A stretch of DNA of 64,000 nucleotides from contig JBBRAE010000004.1 of the NCBI GenBank assembly GCA_038207085.1, positions 32,001-96,000 of the forward strand, written 5' to 3'. Within the stretch, counting starts at the first letter, position 1. Each line of letters starts with the position of its first letter. Positions 60,100-64,000 of the stretch are shown here, one piece after another. The stretch comes from Armatimonadota bacterium. Lineage in GTDB: Bacteria > Armatimonadota > UBA5829 > DTLH01. The position numbers and the translations under genes were made by a program. Under the pieces are notes generated by a model. The model was not told the origin of the DNA, did not search any database, and was given only the letters and a program-made list of their open reading frames with translations.

Positions 60100-63000
60100 G
60101 TGTACATCAAGCGCGTAGAAATCCAGGGTTTTAAGACATTTGCCGACCGCACTCAGGTCGATCTCACGTCGGGGATTACCGCCGTTGTCGGTCCAAACGG
60201 CAGCGGCAAGAGTAACATCGCCGACGCGATTTCGTGGGTGCTCGGCGAACAGAACGTACGCAACTTAAGAGGCGTGCGAGCTCAGGACGTCATCTTCGCC
60301 GGCAGCGAAAAACGCAAGCCGCTTGGTATGGCCGAAGTCTCACTCACGCTTGATAACTCCTGCGGAACTCTCCCCGTCAACTTTAACGAAGTCACCGTCA
60401 CCCGCCGGGTGTACCGTTCGGGGGACGGCGAATACTTCATCAACAAGGCCCCCTGCAGATTAAAAGACATCTTCGAGCTGTTCCTTGATACTGGAATGGG
60501 CCGCGAGGCTTACTCGATGGTCAGCCAGGGCGAGATCGACGCGATCCTTTCAGCCAAAAGCGAGGACCGCCGCTCACTTTTCGAGGAAGCCGCGGGGATC
60601 AAGAAATACCGCCACCGCCGAAAAGAGGCCGCGCGCAAGCTTGAGAACACCGAAAGCAACCTCCGGCGCGTAAACGACATCGTCACCGAGCTTGACGTGC
60701 AGGTGGAGCCACTTCGCGAGCAGGCCGAGGTCGCAGCGCGCTACAACGATCTCACGACCAGGCTTCGGGAGATCGAGACCGGGCTTCTTATAAACGATCT
60801 TAGGCGTTGGTCGGGCGAGCTTGATCGCACCGGCAAGCTCAAGATCGAAAGCGCGGGCCGCCTTACCCTGCAGGACAAGCGAATCTCCGACCTTGAGTGG
60901 GAGAAAGACAAACTCGTCACGCAGCTCTCGGAGCTTGACCGCAGGGTAGAGACCGCGCGCACGCGCTACCAGGAGGCGCTGGCGGCCTCTCATCGCATCA
61001 AAAGCGGCCTCGCGCTCGCAGAGGAACGCAGGCGCTCTGCTGAGGACGCCAAGGTGCGGCTGGAGTCTTCGATCGAGCAGACCAACCGGCGCATCCAGGA
61101 GTCGAGCGAGCGAATCGAGCGGCTTGAGATGGAAGAGGCGGGGTGCGCCGAGCGCGAGACCTCGCTTGCCACGGAAGTCTTCGAGCAGACCAGGCAGCTT
61201 GAGCAGGTAACGGCTGATCTTGAGTCGGCATCAAGGATCGTTGAGGACCGCAAGTCGGCCTACGTCGAGCTTGCCCGGGAGCAGGCGTCCAAGCGAACGG
61301 AGCTCGATAACCTCACCGCAAGACAGGTGCAGCTTGAGACGGCGCTCGCCAAATACACCGCAGAGCTTGAATCGTTTGAAAAGACCCGCGAGGAGACGGC
61401 GGCAAAGCACGCCGAGGTAACCGCGAGGCTTGAGGAGCTTCGGGCAGAGGCGAAATCGCGCGGTGAGGAGCTTCCGCCTCTAAAAGCTCGCCGGGAAAGC
61501 GCGCAATCGAGAGCGCAGGCAGCGAGCCAGAAGCTCGACCAGATGAACCGCACCGCTGTCGGCAAGGGGTCGCGTCTTGCGGCTCTTACGGAGATGGCCG
61601 AGGCGCATGAAGGGTTCTTTGAGGGCGTCCGCTCCGTGATGCTTGCAAGGAAAGCCGGCAAGATTCAGGGGCACTTCGCAGTCGTCGCAGACGTTGTGTC
61701 GGTCCCTGAGGGGCTTGAAACGGCGATCGAGGTCGCGCTGGGAGCCGCAGTGCAGGACGTTATCTGCGAGACTACCGACGACGCCAAAGATGCTATTCGG
61801 TTCCTCAAGGAAAACAGGCTTGGACGGGCGACGTTTTTGCCGCTAAACGGCGTGCGCTCGGGGCATTCGAACGTTTCGGGGAACCTGAAGCGGCCCGGGT
61901 TTATGGGGTTTGCGAGTGACCTTGTCGATTATGACCAGAAGTATTATCCGGCTATAAACGTGCTCCTTGGCCGGGTGATGGTGGTCGACAATATCGACAA
62001 CGCCGTGCGCATTTCTCGCGAGACCTCGGGGTGGGGGAGGATCGTCACCCTTGAAGGCGAAGTGGTCGTCCCAACGGGGGCGATGACCGGCGGAACCCGC
62101 CAGAGCAAAGGGCCGGGGCTCCTTGCGCGAAAGCAGGAGATCGACACACTCACCCGCGAGCTTGCCCAGCTTGAGTCCGTGCGAGCAAAGACCGAGCGCG
62201 AGCTTGATAGCGCGCGCGAGGAGTTTGTGTCGGTTGCGGCGAGGGTCGACGAGCTTGAGAAGGCGGAGTCGGCGGGCCGGTTTGCGCTGGTCGAGGCCGA
62301 GCGGCAGTTTGAGTTCCTGGGCCGGGAGAGTATCCGGATCAAGCAGCAGATAGAGGTCGTCGGCATCGAAAAGCGCGACGTTCTGGAGTCGCTTGCAGCC
62401 GACTGCAAGGGGATCGGCGAGCTTAAAGGCCAGCTCTCCGCGGCGGGCAAGGAGAACACCGACCTCGACGAATACGTCGCAAACGCACAAAAGCGCATTG
62501 AGGAGCTTTCGGCGCGGCGCGAGGCTATCGGCGAGAGCTATATGGAGGCCTCCGTCATGCTCGCCTCGGTCAGGGAGCGGCACACCGGGCTTACGCAGTC
62601 GATCAAGCAGACCAAGACCGCGCTTGCGGAGATGATCGCAGAGCTCGCGAACAGGCAGGCCGATGTCGACAAACAGCTTTCTGAGGCCGAAGCAAATGCC
62701 CGCGAGCGCGAAACGCTTTCCACCAACATCACTGAGACCGAAGCCACGCTTGAGTCGGCCAAGGGGAACCTCGACGAACTTGTAGCCAAGCACACCGAGC
62801 TTGCCGGGATCGTTGCGACGGGTGACGCTGAGCTAAAGACGCTTCACCGGGGCCGGGCCGAGACCGCCGAAACGCTTCGTGACTGCGACGTGCGCGGCGC
62901 GCGGCTTGAGGTGCAGATAACACAGATTTCCGAGCGGCTCTTTGAAGAGTATGAGATCACCGCCGAAGAGGCGCTTGCCCGCGAGGAAGCGGTCGAGATC

Positions 63001-63696
63001 GAGCGCGGCACCGCGACCGAGGTCGGTAGGCTCAGAAAAGAGATCAAGGCGATGGGGCTCGTGAACATCGGCGCGGTTGGTGAGTATGAGCGGGTTAGAG
63101 AGCGCTGGGAGTTCCTCACAAGCCAGCGCGACGACTTGGTCGAAGCGCGCACAAAGCTGAACAACGCAATCAAAGAGATTGACGACAGCACCCGCGAGCT
63201 TTTCCTCGATACTTTCCACAAGATTGCGGAGCACTTCGACATCATGTTCAAGCGGCTCTTTGGCGGCGGCAAGACGGAGCTTGTCCTGACTGACCCCGCG
63301 AATCTGCTTGAGACCGGCGTCGAAGTCATTGTCCAGCCGCTGGGGAAGAAACTTCAGAACCTGCAACTGCTCTCAGGCGGAGAGCGGGCGCTTACGGCGT
63401 CGGCGCTGCTTTTCGCGCTTCTTATGGTGAGGCCCAGCCCGTTTGTTATGTTCGACGAGGTAGACGCGCCGCTTGACGACTCCAACGTCGAGCGCTTCGC
63501 GGACGTGCTGCGTGAGTTCACGGAGCACTCTCAGTTCATCATCGTCACCCACAACCGCGCCACAATGGAGAAAGCCGACAACCTCTACGGCGTCGCCATG
63601 CAGGAGCCGGGTGTCTCGCGCCTGCTGTCGGTGCGCCTCGCCGATGAAACAGAGCGCCACGAGCTCGGCGAAGAGATCATCATGGTCCCGGCCTGA
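60100..63696 (+). CDS. smc: Chromosome segregation ATPase SMC
   Basis: GPNGSGKSN Walker A, coiled coils, GRATFLPL hinge, [13 protein letters not shown]. Confidence 0.97.
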   Translation: MYIKRVEIQGFKTFADRTQVDLTSGITAVVGPNGSGKSNIADAISWVLGEQNVRNLRGVRAQDVIFAGSEKRKPLGMAEVSLTLDNSCGTLPVNFNEVTVTRRVYRSGDGEYFINKAPCRLKDIFELFLDTGMGREAYSMVSQGEIDAILSAKSEDRRSLFEEAAGIKKYRHRRKEAARKLENTESNLRRVNDIVTELDVQVEPLREQAEVAARYNDLTTRLREIETGLLINDLRRWSGELDRTGKLKIESAGRLTLQDKRISDLEWEKDKLVTQLSELDRRVETARTRYQEALAASHRIKSGLALAEERRRSAEDAKVRLESSIEQTNRRIQESSERIERLEMEEAGCAERETSLATEVFEQTRQLEQVTADLESASRIVEDRKSAYVELAREQASKRTELDNLTARQVQLETALAKYTAELESFEKTREETAAKHAEVTARLEELRAEAKSRGEELPPLKARRESAQSRAQAASQKLDQMNRTAVGKGSRLAALTEMAEAHEGFFEGVRSVMLARKAGKIQGHFAVVADVVSVPEGLETAIEVALGAAVQDVICETTDDAKDAIRFLKENRLGRATFLPLNGVRSGHSNVSGNLKRPGFMGFASDLVDYDQKYYPAINVLLGRVMVVDNIDNAVRISRETSGWGRIVTLEGEVVVPTGAMTGGTRQSKGPGLLARKQEIDTLTRELAQLESVRAKTERELDSAREEFVSVAARVDELEKAESAGRFALVEAERQFEFLGRESIRIKQQIEVVGIEKRDVLESLAADCKGIGELKGQLSAAGKENTDLDEYVANAQKRIEELSARREAIGESYMEASVMLASVRERHTGLTQSIKQTKTALAEMIAELANRQADVDKQLSEAEANARERETLSTNITETEATLESAKGNLDELVAKHTELAGIVATGDAELKTLHRGRAETAETLRDCDVRGARLEVQITQISERLFEEYEITAEEALAREEAVEIERGTATEVGRLRKEIKAMGLVNIGAVGEYERVRERWEFLTSQRDDLVEARTKLNNAIKEIDDSTRELFLDTFHKIAEHFDIMFKRLFGGGKTELVLTDPANLLETGVEVIVQPLGKKLQNLQLLSGGERALTASALLFALLMVRPSPFVMFDEVDAPLDDSNVERFADVLREFTEHSQFIIVTHNRATMEKADNLYGVAMQEPGVSRLLSVRLADETERHELGEEIIMVPA

Positions 63697-63906
63697 TAAC
63701 GTACCGCCCGGCGGCCTCCCGATAGCTAACGTAGTGGCCGGGCTCTGTCCCGGCCTTATGCTCTGCTGTAAGCAACCGCACATCCTCTGAGCGCAAACCC
63801 CTTACATGCCCCGCGAAAACGACAATGCAAAGTTCATATCCGGCCAAGATCACTGTAAACCCCACCGAGTATCCTGTATATGACACACTCACAGGGAGGT
63901 TGTTCA

Positions 63907-64000
63907 ATGAGAAACAGGGGAAAATGTGCAGGATTCACACTGATCGAGCTATTAGTCGTGATCGCGATCATCGCGATTCTCGCTGGGATGCTATTCCCGG
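63907..64000 (+). CDS. Prepilin-type protein, 5' part (runs off the window)
   Basis: GGGAGG RBS; MRNRGKCAG|FTLIELLVVIAIIAILAGMLFP. Confidence 0.85.
   Translation, partial: MRNRGKCAGFTLIELLVVIAIIAILAGMLFP

Overview
GC-rich bacterial chromosomal window. Prepilin-type H-X9-DG proteins, URO-D-family paralogues and the subtilase C-terminal domain suggest Armatimonadota, but this is inference only. Core genes: nrdR-nrdJ, TrmH, E1 alpha/beta, iscS, pepA, mnmG, ahcY, pdxST, recA, smc and tRNA-Arg(UCG). They are interleaved with signalling, stress and sugar genes. No CRISPR array, integrase or intact transposase is visible. Highlights: (1) a GH78 rhamnosidase-fold protein that appears catalytically dead, fused to an RNase-E-like Arg/acidic-block disordered tail; (2) a signal-peptide TPR-CHAT protease translationally coupled to a divergent ECF sigma factor; (3) an apparently orphan c-di-AMP riboswitch with its own promoter and terminator, next to an unidentified ~200-nt structured RNA and pointing at a secreted toxin-like RNase gene; (4) a recurring SigB/SigF-type promoter (GTTT-N16-GGGTA) upstream of STAS, PP2C, ferritin-like and PRC-barrel genes; (5) a Cys-rich MarR in the iscR position; (6) a Rad52/Erf-like gene behind recA with variant LexA boxes; (7) a stand-alone cyanophycin-synthetase N-domain; (8) several dispersed REP/MITE-like repeat families. 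All annotation is by eye and no database searches were run.
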